Positions 40,331 through 50,123 of a stretch of DNA of 64,000 nt are shown here, piece by piece. The notes below the pieces were generated by a model. The model made no database searches. It saw only the letters and a list, made by a program, of their open reading frames with translations, and had not been told where the DNA came from. The translations under genes were made by a program, and so were the position numbers. Source of the DNA: Oscillospiraceae bacterium. Its GTDB lineage: Bacteria; Bacillota; Clostridia; Oscillospirales; UBA929. Within the stretch, counting starts at the first letter, position 1, and each line of letters starts with the position of its first letter. Location: assembly GCA_009782215.1 (NCBI GenBank), contig WRKO01000002.1, forward strand, positions 111,850 through 175,849, given 5' to 3'.

Positions 40331-40831
40331 ATGCCAAGTCAAGCCTTTCCGCCCCTGTGCGGAGGGAACCCGCAAACACTAATCCTCGGAACCTTTCCCA
40401 GCCCGCAGTCGCGGGAAAAAGGCGAATACTACGGCAACCCGCGCAACCAGTTTTGGCGGCTGCTGTTCGGCGTGTTTGCAGAGCCCTTTGACCGGCCGGA
40501 TTACGAGCGAAAAAAAGCCGTCCTGTTTGCAAACGGCGTCGCGCTATGGGACGTGATTGCCGAGTGCGAACCGGAGGGCGCGTTGGATACGGGCATACGA
40601 AACCCAGTCTATAATACAGCTCTGCCGGAGTTCATCGCAGAGCAAAGAATCAGCAACGTGCTGTTTAACGGAAACAACGCCTATGCGTTTTACCTGCGCA
40701 ATATAGGAGCGATTGAGCGCAGCGTACTCCCGTCCAGCAGCCCCGCCAACGCGAGGCTGTCGTTTGAGGGGAAATTGCGGCTGTGGCAGGAGATTATAAA
40801 CCCCCCTCTGTTGGCGTCACGCCCTACATGA
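40331..40831 (+). CDS. DNA-deoxyinosine (hypoxanthine) glycosylase, UDG superfamily
   Basis: 166 aa: LILGTFPSPQSREKGEYYGNPRNQFWRLL..., VLPSSSPAN, typical of family-6-type UDGs. Confidence 0.75.
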   Translation: MPSQAFPPLCGGNPQTLILGTFPSPQSREKGEYYGNPRNQFWRLLFGVFAEPFDRPDYERKKAVLFANGVALWDVIAECEPEGALDTGIRNPVYNTALPEFIAEQRISNVLFNGNNAYAFYLRNIGAIERSVLPSSSPANARLSFEGKLRLWQEIINPPLLASRPT

Positions 40832-42578
40832 ACGTCTCAGCCAGCTCCAGCGCTAAGGTTTCATTCATCCCGGCGCACGCGGAGACGAACGCCTCCAGCG
40901 GAACGTCCTGCGCCTGCTTGCCGCCGCGTATTTTAACCGAAACCGACCCCGTCTCCGTCTCGCGGTCGCCGATGATGAGCGTGTACGGCACTTTGTTTTG
41001 CCGGAATTTGTTGACCTTTCCGCCCATGCCCTCGTCTTCCAAAAGCGCTTCGCAGCGCAGGCCGGCGTTTTTCAAAGCCGACAAAACCTCACACGCGCGG
41101 TCGTTATGGTTGGTGCGGACGGGGACGACGCCCACCTGCACCGGCGAGAGCCAGAAAGGAAACGCCCCGGCGAACTGCTCAATCAGGATGCCGATGAAGC
41201 GTTCCAGCGAGCCGTAAATGACGCGGTGGATGACGACGGGTTCCTTCAAGGAGCCGTCGCGGTCGGCGTATGTCAGGCCGAACTTATGCGGAAGCTGGAA
41301 GTCAAGCTGGATGGTTCCCATCTGCCACGGGCGACCCAGCGCGTCGGTCATCAGAAGGTCGATTTTCGGGCCGTAAAACGCCCCGTCGCCCTCGTTGACG
41401 GTATAGCCGTCCGCCCCGAAGCGCGTGTCTAGGATGCCGCGCAGCTCGCGCTCCGCCTCCTCCCACAGGGAAGGGTCGCCCATAAAGTCCTCGGGGCGCG
41501 TAGAAAGAATGGGCTTGTATGTCAGCCCAAAAACGTCATAAAACCTATCGGCGATGTCAAGGATGGCGTTGATTTCAGACGGGATTTGCTCCCGCGTGAT
41601 AAAATTATGCGAGTCGTCCTGCCGGAACATGCGGACGCGCAGCAGCCCGTGCAGCGTTCCCGACGCCTCGTTGCGGTGCAGCACGTCGCAGTCGGAGTAC
41701 CGAAGCGGCAATTCACGGTATGAGCGGACGGTGCGGGCGTATACATTCATGGCGTTGGGGCAGTTCATCGGCTTGATGGCCTGTACGGAGTCGCCCTCTT
41801 CTTTCGGCGGGATGGAAAACATGATATCGCTGTAATGCTCCCAATGCCCCGACGTGACCCACAGCGTATGGTTGTTAATCAGCGGCGCGGAGATTTCCTG
41901 ATAGCCGCGCTCCTCATGCTCCCTGCGCCAAAAATCAAGCAGGGTGTTAAACAGCTTCAAGCCCTTGGGCAGCCAGTAGGGCATACCGGGCGCCGTCTCG
42001 TGCAGGAAAAACAAATCTAACTGCGGGCCCAGCTTGCGGTGGTCGCGCTTTTTGGCTTCCTCGATTTTGGCGAGGAGGGCCTTGAGTTCGTCTTTTTTCG
42101 GAAAGGCGTACGCGTAAAGCCGGGTCAGCATGGGGTTTTTCTCACTGCCGCGCCAGTATGCGCCGGCGGCGGCGTGGATTTTATACGCCCAGCCCAGCAA
42201 CTCGCGGGTGTTTTCAACGTGCGGGCCTCGGCAAAGGTCAAAAAAGCCCTCGCCGGTTCGGTAGGCGGTAATCGGCTCGTTCTCCGGCAGCTCGCCGATT
42301 AGCTCCTCCTTGTACGGCTGACCGGCGAAAGCCTTGAGCGCGGCTTCCTTGGACGGGAAGGTCTCGCTCGTCAGCGGCGCTTGGGTTTTGAGGATGGCCT
42401 TCATCCGCTCTTCGATTTCGGCGAAACGCTCCGGCGTGACCGGCTCCGGCAAATCGAAGTCGTAGTAAAAACCGTCGTCGATGCAGGGGCCGATGCCCAG
42501 CTTGGCGCCGGGAAACATCTCCGTGACAGCCTGCGCCATGATATGCGCCAGTGAGTGGCGCCCCGCGTTGATATCCAT
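40824..42578 (-). CDS. thrS: threonine--tRNA ligase (short form without an N-terminal TGS domain)
   Basis: 584 aa. It begins at the editing-domain motif RHSLAHIMAQAV...GFYYDFDL. Class II catalytic core and anticodon-binding domain are present. Confidence 0.93.
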   Translation of the reverse strand: MDINAGRHSLAHIMAQAVTEMFPGAKLGIGPCIDDGFYYDFDLPEPVTPERFAEIEERMKAILKTQAPLTSETFPSKEAALKAFAGQPYKEELIGELPENEPITAYRTGEGFFDLCRGPHVENTRELLGWAYKIHAAAGAYWRGSEKNPMLTRLYAYAFPKKDELKALLAKIEEAKKRDHRKLGPQLDLFFLHETAPGMPYWLPKGLKLFNTLLDFWRREHEERGYQEISAPLINNHTLWVTSGHWEHYSDIMFSIPPKEEGDSVQAIKPMNCPNAMNVYARTVRSYRELPLRYSDCDVLHRNEASGTLHGLLRVRMFRQDDSHNFITREQIPSEINAILDIADRFYDVFGLTYKPILSTRPEDFMGDPSLWEEAERELRGILDTRFGADGYTVNEGDGAFYGPKIDLLMTDALGRPWQMGTIQLDFQLPHKFGLTYADRDGSLKEPVVIHRVIYGSLERFIGILIEQFAGAFPFWLSPVQVGVVPVRTNHNDRACEVLSALKNAGLRCEALLEDEGMGGKVNKFRQNKVPYTLIIGDRETETGSVSVKIRGGKQAQDVPLEAFVSACAGMNETLALELAETFM

Positions 42579-42588
42579 AATAAACCTC

Positions 42589-43248
42589 CTACATCAATAT
42601 CGAGCCGTTGATGACCAAGCGGAATTTCAAGCCTAAAAATTCGGCGGCGCGGCGGCAGAGAACCATGCGTCCTAGAAAAATTTCAAAGTAATCCGTCACC
42701 GAGCAGATGTCGCTGTCTACGTCCAAGTCGAGCGTTAAGGTGCGCGCTTGGGCGTCAAGGGCGGTGTCGGCGCGGGTAACGGCGTAGTTGACGCGGTCGT
42801 GGATGTCGAACGAGGCCGTGTCGTCATTGCGGACGCGGGAGCGGCGGACGTCGGTTTTGTCGGCCAGAATCACCGCCGCGGCCACCGCGCTGACGGGGTG
42901 GGCGGAGGATTCGTCATGGTTGCCGACGGCGGTGACCACGACCGCAAGGTCTTCCGGCTCCATACCCAGCTTCTCCAACAGGCGAAACACTATGAGCGCG
43001 CCGCTTTGGGCGTGGCCGTAGCGGTTGATGACGTTGCCGATGTCGTGCATATACGCCGCGATTCGCGCCAGCTCGGCTTCGCGGTCATCCCTGCCCAAAT
43101 CCAGAAGCCACGCGCCGGCCAGTTCGGCGCAGCGCGTCACATGGGCGAAAGAATGCTCGGTGTAGCCCATTTCCTTGAGAGAGACGTCGGCCTGACGGAT
43201 ATAGGTGTTGATTTCTTCGGAATTTTTGACGTCGGCATAGGCAATCAA
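42589..43248 (-). CDS. HD-domain phosphohydrolase
   Basis: 219 aa with the HD motif (HSFAHV...AAYMHDIGN). It ends 10 nt upstream of thrS, so the two are probably co-transcribed. Confidence 0.8.
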   Translation of the reverse strand: MIAYADVKNSEEINTYIRQADVSLKEMGYTEHSFAHVTRCAELAGAWLLDLGRDDREAELARIAAYMHDIGNVINRYGHAQSGALIVFRLLEKLGMEPEDLAVVVTAVGNHDESSAHPVSAVAAAVILADKTDVRRSRVRNDDTASFDIHDRVNYAVTRADTALDAQARTLTLDLDVDSDICSVTDYFEIFLGRMVLCRRAAEFLGLKFRLVINGSILM

Positions 43249-43315
43249 AACAGGAACCTCCTCATCGCGTGATTGCCCATTCTACCACGGGATGAAGCAG
43301 TGTGTCAAGTTTGTC

Positions 43316-43344
43316 TTGCGTCTTGCTGTTTTGCATGGTACAAT
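43316..43344 (+). promoter_or_regulatory. sigma-A-type promoter (extended -10) for the isomerase-araD operon
   Basis: TTGCGT-N17-TACAAT, with TG at the extended -10 position (TGgTACAAT). Confidence 0.5.
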
Positions 43345-43367
43345 GACTAAAAAAGGAGCTGATACAG

Positions 43368-44837
43368 ATGGTGAATATGCCTAGGGTCAAGCTGGGGATT
43401 GTCGCGGTCAGCCGCGACTGTTTCCCGATGGATTTAAGCCGCAGCCGCCGGGGGGCCGTCGTCCGCGAAGCGGCTTCACGCGGCGTCGCGCTGTATGAGG
43501 CGAAAACGATTGTTGAAAACGAGACCGATGCGGTCAACGCGCTGAAAGAGCTGCGCGACAATGGCGTCAACGCGCTGGTTCTGTACTTGGGCAATTTCGG
43601 CCCGGAAGGCCCGGAGACCTATCTTGTGCAGGAGTTCAACGGCCCGGCGCTGGTGGTGGCGGCCGCGGAGGAATCGGCGGATATCTCCGGGCGGGGCGAC
43701 GCTTTCTGCGGACTGCTCAACTGCTCGTACAACCTCGCCCTGCGCGGCGTGAGCGCCGTCATTCCCGAAAGCCCCGTGGGGCTGCCGGCGGAAACGGCGG
43801 AGGAAATCCAAAAATTCATCCCGGTTGCCCGCGCGCTGATTGGTGTCAAAAAGCTCAAGATTTTCGGCTTTGGGCCGCGTCCGTATGATTTTTTGGCCTG
43901 CAACGCGCCTATCAAACCGTTTTACGACCTTGGCGTTTCTGTAATGGAAAACTCCGAGCTTGATTTGTACGCAACGTACAAGGCGCATGACGGCGACCCG
44001 CGCATTGAGGCGGTGGCAAACGATATGGCGCGGGAGCTGGGCTCGGCCGACGCGTTTGCCGGGTTTCTGCCGCGCTTAGCGCAATTTGAATTGACCCTTC
44101 TGGATTTTATGGAGAAAAATCTTGGTTATTGCGAATACGGCGTTTTTGCCAACAAGTGCTGGCCAGCCTTTCAGACCGAGTTCAGGTTTGTGCCGTGCTA
44201 TGTCAACGCGCGGCTTGCCTCACGGGGGATTCCGGTCGCCTGTGAGACCGACTTGTATGGCGCGCTGAGTGAGTTTATCATCACCCTCGTCACCGAAAAA
44301 CCTGCGACGCTGCTCGATGTCAACAACACCGTTCCGCCCTCTTACCTCAAAGGCGTGAACCTTGGGCCGTATAAAGCGTCCGACCTCTTTATGGGGTTCC
44401 ACTGCGGAAACACGCCGATATGTTACTTAAAGAAGCCGGAAATGCGTCACCAGCAGATTATGTGGCGCGCGTTGGAGCCGGACAGGGAGCCGGATATCAC
44501 TCGCGGTACGCTGGAAGGCGATCTGATGGCCGGGGCGATTACCCTGTTCCGCCTGCAAGCCAACGCCGAAGGCGTCCTGAAAAGCTACATTGCCCAAGGC
44601 GATGTGCTGGAAATCCCCACCCGCTCGTTCGGCGCTATCGGCGTTATCGCCGTGCCGGAAATGGCGCGGTTTTACCGTCATGTGCTGATTGAAAAACGCT
44701 TCCCTCACCACGCCGGCATTGCGTTCGCCCATGCGGGCGGGGCGCTGTTTGAAACGGTCAAAGCCCTCGGAGTTGGAGATATAGGCTTCAATCAGCCGAA
44801 GGGAATGCTATACCCAAAGGAGAATCCGTATGCTTAA
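43368..44837 (+). CDS. L-fucose/L-arabinose isomerase-family sugar isomerase
   Basis: 489 aa with N-terminal KLGIVAVSRDCFP and the general family architecture. Overlaps and is co-oriented with araD. Confidence 0.72.
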   Translation: MVNMPRVKLGIVAVSRDCFPMDLSRSRRGAVVREAASRGVALYEAKTIVENETDAVNALKELRDNGVNALVLYLGNFGPEGPETYLVQEFNGPALVVAAAEESADISGRGDAFCGLLNCSYNLALRGVSAVIPESPVGLPAETAEEIQKFIPVARALIGVKKLKIFGFGPRPYDFLACNAPIKPFYDLGVSVMENSELDLYATYKAHDGDPRIEAVANDMARELGSADAFAGFLPRLAQFELTLLDFMEKNLGYCEYGVFANKCWPAFQTEFRFVPCYVNARLASRGIPVACETDLYGALSEFIITLVTEKPATLLDVNNTVPPSYLKGVNLGPYKASDLFMGFHCGNTPICYLKKPEMRHQQIMWRALEPDREPDITRGTLEGDLMAGAITLFRLQANAEGVLKSYIAQGDVLEIPTRSFGAIGVIAVPEMARFYRHVLIEKRFPHHAGIAFAHAGGALFETVKALGVGDIGFNQPKGMLYPKENPYA

Positions 44838-45504
44838 TGATCTCAAGCGTCAGGTTTGTAAGGCCAACAAGGATTTGGCGTCGTCGGGCGTCGTTCGTTT
44901 CACATGGGGGAATGTGTCGGGGTTTGATTCGTCGATGGGGCTGTTTGTCATCAAGCCCAGCGGCGTTCCGTATGAGGATTTGCAGCCGGAGTTGATGGTG
45001 GTTATGAGCTTAGAGGGGCAGAAGGTGGAAGGCCGTCTCAAGCCCTCCGTTGACAGTGACATCCACCGCGCCATCTATGTGTCGTGGCCGTTTTCCATCT
45101 CCGGGATTGCCCACACTCATTCCACCTACGCCGTAGCGTTCGCGCAGGCGGGGCTGTCTATCCCGGCCTTGGGGACGAGCCACGCTGACTATTTCGGAGG
45201 GCCGATTCCCATCACGAGGGCTGTTGACAAAAGCGAGATAAACGAAAATTACGGCAGAAATCTCGGCAGTCTTATCGTGGCCACCGCCGCGCAGCCTGAA
45301 CATGTCCCGGCGGTGCTGGTGGACCATCACGGGCCATTTACATGGGGCAAGTCGCCGTCGGAGGCGGTACAGAACGCCGTCGTTCTGGAAGAGATTGCCC
45401 ACGCCGCATATTTGTCCAGAATGCTCAACCCGAAATGCGAGGGTCTCGGCGAAGATCAGATGAATTTCCATCATCAGCGCCGGCTGGACGGATACGGGCA
45501 GTAG
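44830..45504 (+). CDS. araD: L-ribulose-5-phosphate 4-epimerase (class II aldolase/adducin family)
   Basis: 224 aa: TWGNVSGFD...FVIKPSGVPYEDL...HTHSTYA...SHADYF. Confidence 0.85.
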   Translation: MLNDLKRQVCKANKDLASSGVVRFTWGNVSGFDSSMGLFVIKPSGVPYEDLQPELMVVMSLEGQKVEGRLKPSVDSDIHRAIYVSWPFSISGIAHTHSTYAVAFAQAGLSIPALGTSHADYFGGPIPITRAVDKSEINENYGRNLGSLIVATAAQPEHVPAVLVDHHGPFTWGKSPSEAVQNAVVLEEIAHAAYLSRMLNPKCEGLGEDQMNFHHQRRLDGYGQ

Positions 45505-45610
45505 CGCCGCCTCCCGGTCAAGGATGATTGCCGATAGGGATATAACGGCGGGGATGCGCAAGGATGTCTGTTAAGCAGAAATTTTTTATTAGGCGCGGGA
45601 GGTTTTCAAT

Positions 45611-46270
45611 GTGGGAAGAAAAAAGAAACTTTCAACCGGGGCAATTATTTGGTGTTGGATATGCCTTGTCCTTAACTTCGTTGTCCCCACATTGCTCATA
45701 CAAGCCTACGATATGGGTGGCGGGGGTTCAGAAGGTCTGCCTCTTTTAATTGTAGGCGCAGTTGTTGGCGGACTGTGCGCCGTCGGGTACATCGTTCTGC
45801 TTGTGGGAAAAAAGGTCGGATTCTTTATCCTTTGTGGAAGCGCGGCAGTCAGCGCAATTCTCAGCATTGTAGCCATGAACATTCCACAAGCCGCGTTGGG
45901 TTTTATAAACCCATTCATCACATGGCTTCTTATAAAGGGAAGATGGAATACTTGGGATGAAATAGACCGTGAAAAAGCAACCGCGAAAGAGGCATATCAG
46001 CAACAACATAAAGAACGTCATAATGTAGATTCATTTTTTTGGGAGCATGGAAAAAAGTTCAAAACTTGGGCCTGTATAAACTGTATTTGTGTTCCGGGTA
46101 TCATTTTTGCAATTCTGGCGATTTTTGAATCAGATAAAGCGCAAAAAGCGCAGAGCAAAGAAATGCACGACAGGCATATCAAGAAAGCGTTGATACTTAA
46201 TATCTGCACATATGTAGTGTTTTTTGCGGTAATGGGAATTTTACAAGCAACAGGAGTCCTTAACAGCTAA
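45611..46270 (+). CDS. hypothetical integral membrane protein (AT-richer gene)
   Basis: GTG start with a GGGAGG RBS. About five predicted TM helices. No family recognised. Confidence 0.55.
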   Translation: MGRKKKLSTGAIIWCWICLVLNFVVPTLLIQAYDMGGGGSEGLPLLIVGAVVGGLCAVGYIVLLVGKKVGFFILCGSAAVSAILSIVAMNIPQAALGFINPFITWLLIKGRWNTWDEIDREKATAKEAYQQQHKERHNVDSFFWEHGKKFKTWACINCICVPGIIFAILAIFESDKAQKAQSKEMHDRHIKKALILNICTYVVFFAVMGILQATGVLNS

Positions 46271-46357
46271 TAAGCATTCTGCGTCGCCGCTCCACTCGGT
46301 TGTCGTATAAAACCCAACGGGCCGCAGTTCCCTGCGGCCCGTTGCTTGCGGCCGTTT

Positions 46358-48265
46358 CTACGCCAGCGGCAACGTCAGCGTGACCTTGAACAAGTCCCCG
46401 TCAACCGCGATGGCGCACGTCCCTTTCTGCAATTCCATAAAGCTCTTCACAATCGCCAGCCCCAACCCGCTGCCCTCGGAGGAGCGGGCGTCGTCGCCGC
46501 GCGTAAATCTCTCGGCCAGCCGCTCCGCTTCACCGTCAAGGGGAGCTTGGGATATATTGCGCAGGGTGGTGACGGAGAGGCCGTCCCCGGCGCGCATATC
46601 AACATAGACGCGAGTCCCCGGCATGGCGTATTTTTCTATGTTGCGAAGCAAGTTTTCAAGCACCCGGCAGAGCAGTCTCGCGTCGGCCATTGCCGTCCCG
46701 CCGGAGCCGGACACGCGCACGTCGAGATTCGCCGCGCTCAGGCGGTCGCCCATTTCGCCCAAGGTCTGCCCGATGAGCTGGTTTATATCCAGCGGCGCTA
46801 GGACGGCTTTTGTTTCGCCCGAGGAAGCCTTGGCTGTTTCAAAGAGGTCTTCGGTCATCGTTTGCAGGCGGCGGCCTTTTTGCTGAATGATTTCTAAGTA
46901 TTTCTCCGCGTTGGGCGAGGTCAGACCCTCGCTTTGCAGCAGGTCGGCATAGGTGATGACCGACGTGAGCGGGGTGCGGAGGTCGTGGGAGACGTTGGTA
47001 ATCAGCTCGGCTTTGAACCGCTGGCTTGTCAGCTCCTTCTCCACGGCGGATTTCAGCCCGTCGGTGGCGGCGTTGACGTTTTGCGCCATCCTGAGCAGCG
47101 CGCCGCGCCCGTTCTCCTCCACCGGCGTTTGGTAATCGCCTTGGGCAAGGCGGTCAAGCCCTTGGGCCACGGCGTCGAAATGCTCCGCTTTGCCTAAAAG
47201 AAGCTGTGCCTTCAGCGGCATCCAAAGATAGACCGAGCGGAAGAAGCGGGCAACCGGGCTGATGATGAAGCGGGCGGCGCGGCGCAGGATGCGGAAAGCA
47301 AGCGCCAAGACTGTGTACGTCAGCGTGTGCTTTAGTATTGTGAGGGTTTTCAGCCGTTTCATGGCGCAGAGCAGCCACCAGAGCGCAAGCGCGGAGGAGA
47401 CGGCGGCGATGACGCCGATATAGGCGAGGAAACGGGTATACCCCGCCGTGGGAATACCGTTCCGAAACAGCATTTCAAGCAAAAGGATGACGCCGGCACT
47501 GCACGTGAGGATTGCGGCCAGCGATACATCCAGCCACGGCTTATCCCATACCGAGAGGTGCTTCTCCCCGCTGTTCGGCTTTCGCCCGCAGACAAGCAGC
47601 AGATGCAGCAGGCAGAGGAGGACACCCAAACATAAGGAGGCAAGCGTATAGGTGTACTTCCAAAAGACGCGCTCGTTGTCCGCGTATTCCGCCGCCAAGG
47701 ACGCCGTGTAGTCGTAGGTCAGGGCAAGGCGCAGCTCATAATCCCCGCTTTCAGCGTGAGAGGGCGTATTGAGGTTATACCAGAAGGGCCGAGAGGGCCC
47801 GCTTGACCTTTCGGTGCGATGGTCGAATTGCAGAAACCACACCCTCTGCCGACGGTAATCCTGCTCCGTCATGTCGTTGTTGAACAGCTCAACAAACGGC
47901 GTTCGGACGTAATAAAGAGCCCCGTCCAAAGCGCCCGTCTCCGGGCGGTATTGGTTCTGAAGAAATTCGGCGTCGGCTTCGTTCTGCGCGTTCCACCCGG
48001 CCGTGTAGCTAACGGTGATAGCCAGTTGATTCGTCTTCCAGTACAAAAAGGTACTCTCCTCAAACGACCTTCCTGCCAGATAGTCTTCCGCGGAACCGCC
48101 GCCCGTCCAGTCCCGCGCGAAAAGCCCCCCGGTCACCGTGATTGCCGTGACACACGCGACGAAGAGGATGAACGATACGGCCTTGACCGCCCCGTGGCGG
48201 AAAATGTTGGTCAGCAGCTTTGTTTCGCGCCCGTCCTCAGGGATATTTCTCAATTTTGTAGCCAA
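46358..48265 (-). CDS. membrane sensor histidine kinase (HisKA plus HATPase_c)
   Basis: 635 aa. Large extracytoplasmic N-domain, H-box NVSHDLRTPLTSV, and N/G boxes (LENLLRNIEKYA, GSGLGLAIVKSF). Confidence 0.88.
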   Translation of the reverse strand: MATKLRNIPEDGRETKLLTNIFRHGAVKAVSFILFVACVTAITVTGGLFARDWTGGGSAEDYLAGRSFEESTFLYWKTNQLAITVSYTAGWNAQNEADAEFLQNQYRPETGALDGALYYVRTPFVELFNNDMTEQDYRRQRVWFLQFDHRTERSSGPSRPFWYNLNTPSHAESGDYELRLALTYDYTASLAAEYADNERVFWKYTYTLASLCLGVLLCLLHLLLVCGRKPNSGEKHLSVWDKPWLDVSLAAILTCSAGVILLLEMLFRNGIPTAGYTRFLAYIGVIAAVSSALALWWLLCAMKRLKTLTILKHTLTYTVLALAFRILRRAARFIISPVARFFRSVYLWMPLKAQLLLGKAEHFDAVAQGLDRLAQGDYQTPVEENGRGALLRMAQNVNAATDGLKSAVEKELTSQRFKAELITNVSHDLRTPLTSVITYADLLQSEGLTSPNAEKYLEIIQQKGRRLQTMTEDLFETAKASSGETKAVLAPLDINQLIGQTLGEMGDRLSAANLDVRVSGSGGTAMADARLLCRVLENLLRNIEKYAMPGTRVYVDMRAGDGLSVTTLRNISQAPLDGEAERLAERFTRGDDARSSEGSGLGLAIVKSFMELQKGTCAIAVDGDLFKVTLTLPLA

Positions 48266-48929
48266 TGCCCCACACCACCTTTAAGTATTTCGGGGTTTTC
48301 GGGTTAATCTCGATTTTTTCGCGGATGCGGCGGATATGTACGGCGACGGTGTTTTCGGGGGAATACGCCGGTTCGTTCCAAACGGTCTCGTAGATTTGGG
48401 TGATGGAATACACCCGCCCGGCGTTTGTGAGCAAAAACTCCAGTATCTTATACTCAACCGGGGTCAGACGCACAGCCTCACCCTCGACGGTCACCGTCTT
48501 GCTTTCCGTGTCCATCTCCAGTTCCCCGCTCCGGCAAACCGTGGGCGCGGCGCTTTGCGCGCCCAGCCGCGTGTACCGCCGCAGCAGGCTTTTGACGCGG
48601 GCAATCAGCTCGAGCGGATTGAACGGCTTGGTCAGATAGTCGTCCGCGCCCATACCGAGGCCGAGGATTTTGTCGGTATCCTCGCTTTTGGCGGACAGCA
48701 TGAGGATGGGGACGTTGCTGCCCGCCTCCCGAAGCTTCAGCGTGGCGCGTATGCCGTCGAAGCCGGGCATCATTACATCCATGATAATCAGTTGCGCGTC
48801 GTTTTCCTCCGCGGCCTTCACCGCCTCGGGCCCGGTATGCGCCAGCAGCACGCCGTATCCCTCGTGGCGCAGATAGATGCCGATGGCTTCGGCGATTTCG
48901 CGGTCGTCGTCGCATACAAGAATGGTCAT
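48237..48929 (-). CDS. OmpR/PhoB-family response regulator
   Basis: 230 aa. Receiver domain (ILVCDDD..., IIMDVMMPGFDG, DDYLTKPF) plus a winged-helix trans_reg_C domain. Confidence 0.92.
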   Translation of the reverse strand: MTILVCDDDREIAEAIGIYLRHEGYGVLLAHTGPEAVKAAEENDAQLIIMDVMMPGFDGIRATLKLREAGSNVPILMLSAKSEDTDKILGLGMGADDYLTKPFNPLELIARVKSLLRRYTRLGAQSAAPTVCRSGELEMDTESKTVTVEGEAVRLTPVEYKILEFLLTNAGRVYSITQIYETVWNEPAYSPENTVAVHIRRIREKIEINPKTPKYLKVVWGIGYKIEKYP

Positions 48930-48979
48930 CGAGATTCACCTCCCTCCCCGATTGTGATGGGAACAGTATAACAGAGGAT

Positions 48980-49010
48980 TCTTACGGGCATGTTGACATA
49001 AGTCTTACGG
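48980..49010 (-). promoter_or_regulatory. direct repeat CCGTAAGA x2 next to a TATACT -10; possible autoregulatory site of the OmpR-type system
   Basis: On the minus strand, CCGTAAGA occurs twice, 23 bp start to start. The proximal copy lies 9 nt upstream of TATACT (48965-48970). Confidence 0.25.
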
Positions 49011-49054
49011 ATTTCTTAATAATACGCCCGGCCCGGCGGCAAGCCCAAGCTGTC

Positions 49055-49079
49055 AAAAAGCCTGCAAAGCAGGCTTTTT
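49055..49079 (-). terminator. rho-independent terminator after comEB (palindromic, could act on both strands)
   Basis: AAAAAGCCTGC-AAA-GCAGGCTTTTT. Confidence 0.7.
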
Positions 49080-49084
49080 GTGCG

Positions 49085-49552
49085 TCAGAACGTATCGTCT
49101 TCCTCCACCCATTCGCGCACAGGCACGACGGTGTATTTCTCCGGCGTGTTGCGGCAGATGACACGGGAGATTCCGGCGTTGATAATCAGGCGCTGGCACA
49201 TGGGACAGGGGTACGCGTCGGAAAGCAGATCGCCGTTTTCATCGTGTCCGGTTAAGTAGAGCGTCGCGCCCAGCATCAAATCACGGTCGGCCGCGATGAT
49301 GGCGTTGGCCTCGGCGTGGACGCTGCGGCACAGCTCATACCGTTCCCCGCGGGGGACGCCCTGCTGCTGGCGGTAACACTCCCCGGCGTCGGAGCAGTTT
49401 TGCCGCCCGCGCGGCGCCCCGGCATAGCCGGTGGAGACAATCACGTCGTTTTTGACGATGACCGCCCCATAGTTGCGGCGCAGGCATGTCCCTCGCGCCA
49501 GCACGGATTCGGCGATGTCGAGGTAATAGTTTTCCTTGCTTTTTCGATCCAT
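49085..49552 (-). CDS. comEB: dCMP deaminase (ComEB family)
   Basis: Start trimmed to the ATG at 49552 (AAGGGGGAG RBS). Zinc motifs HAEANAI and PCPMC. Confidence 0.88.
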   Translation of the reverse strand: MDRKSKENYYLDIAESVLARGTCLRRNYGAVIVKNDVIVSTGYAGAPRGRQNCSDAGECYRQQQGVPRGERYELCRSVHAEANAIIAADRDLMLGATLYLTGHDENGDLLSDAYPCPMCQRLIINAGISRVICRNTPEKYTVVPVREWVEEDDTF

Positions 49553-49577
49553 GAATAAGCTCCCCCTTAACTTTTCT

Positions 49578-50123
49578 TTATGTAAACGATTTGGGCGCGC
49601 GGAAAAAGATTTGCGGCAGAACCGTTTGGGCGGTAAAGGCGGCGGCGGCAATCATCGGCCAGCCCTCACTGTTCCACGCGGCAAAATCCTGCCAGAGCAG
49701 TCCGGGATAGGACATGTATTGGAAGGCGTTGCCCAGAATCACCATGATGCGGTGGAGGTATTCCATCATCTCCGTCTCGCGCATTATCTCCGTTTCTACC
49801 GGAAACTGACCGAATATGCCCGACAGCGCGCCCATGATTACACAGATATACACATACGCTCCCGCCAAAGACGAGATGCCGGTCAACACTCGCGCGGGCA
49901 GCGGGCCTAAGCGTGTTTTCTTGAGAAGAACCGTATACAGGAGGATGCAGACTGCCGGAGCGAGGAGGACGGCTGAGGCAAGGTTGCCGTAGGGGATAAA
50001 TGCCAAAAAGCCCGCCACAGCGAAAAGCGCCGCGACGGCGGCCGACAAGGCAAGGCTTGTCAGCAGAAACAGGAGCGCTCCGCTGCTCTCCTTATGCACC
50101 TCTTGGTCTTTTTTCTTCTTCAC
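49578..50123 (-). CDS. hypothetical integral membrane protein
   Basis: 181 aa, four or five hydrophobic helices, translationally coupled to its neighbours. Confidence 0.5.
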   Translation of the reverse strand: MKKKKDQEVHKESSGALLFLLTSLALSAAVAALFAVAGFLAFIPYGNLASAVLLAPAVCILLYTVLLKKTRLGPLPARVLTGISSLAGAYVYICVIMGALSGIFGQFPVETEIMRETEMMEYLHRIMVILGNAFQYMSYPGLLWQDFAAWNSEGWPMIAAAAFTAQTVLPQIFFRAPKSFT

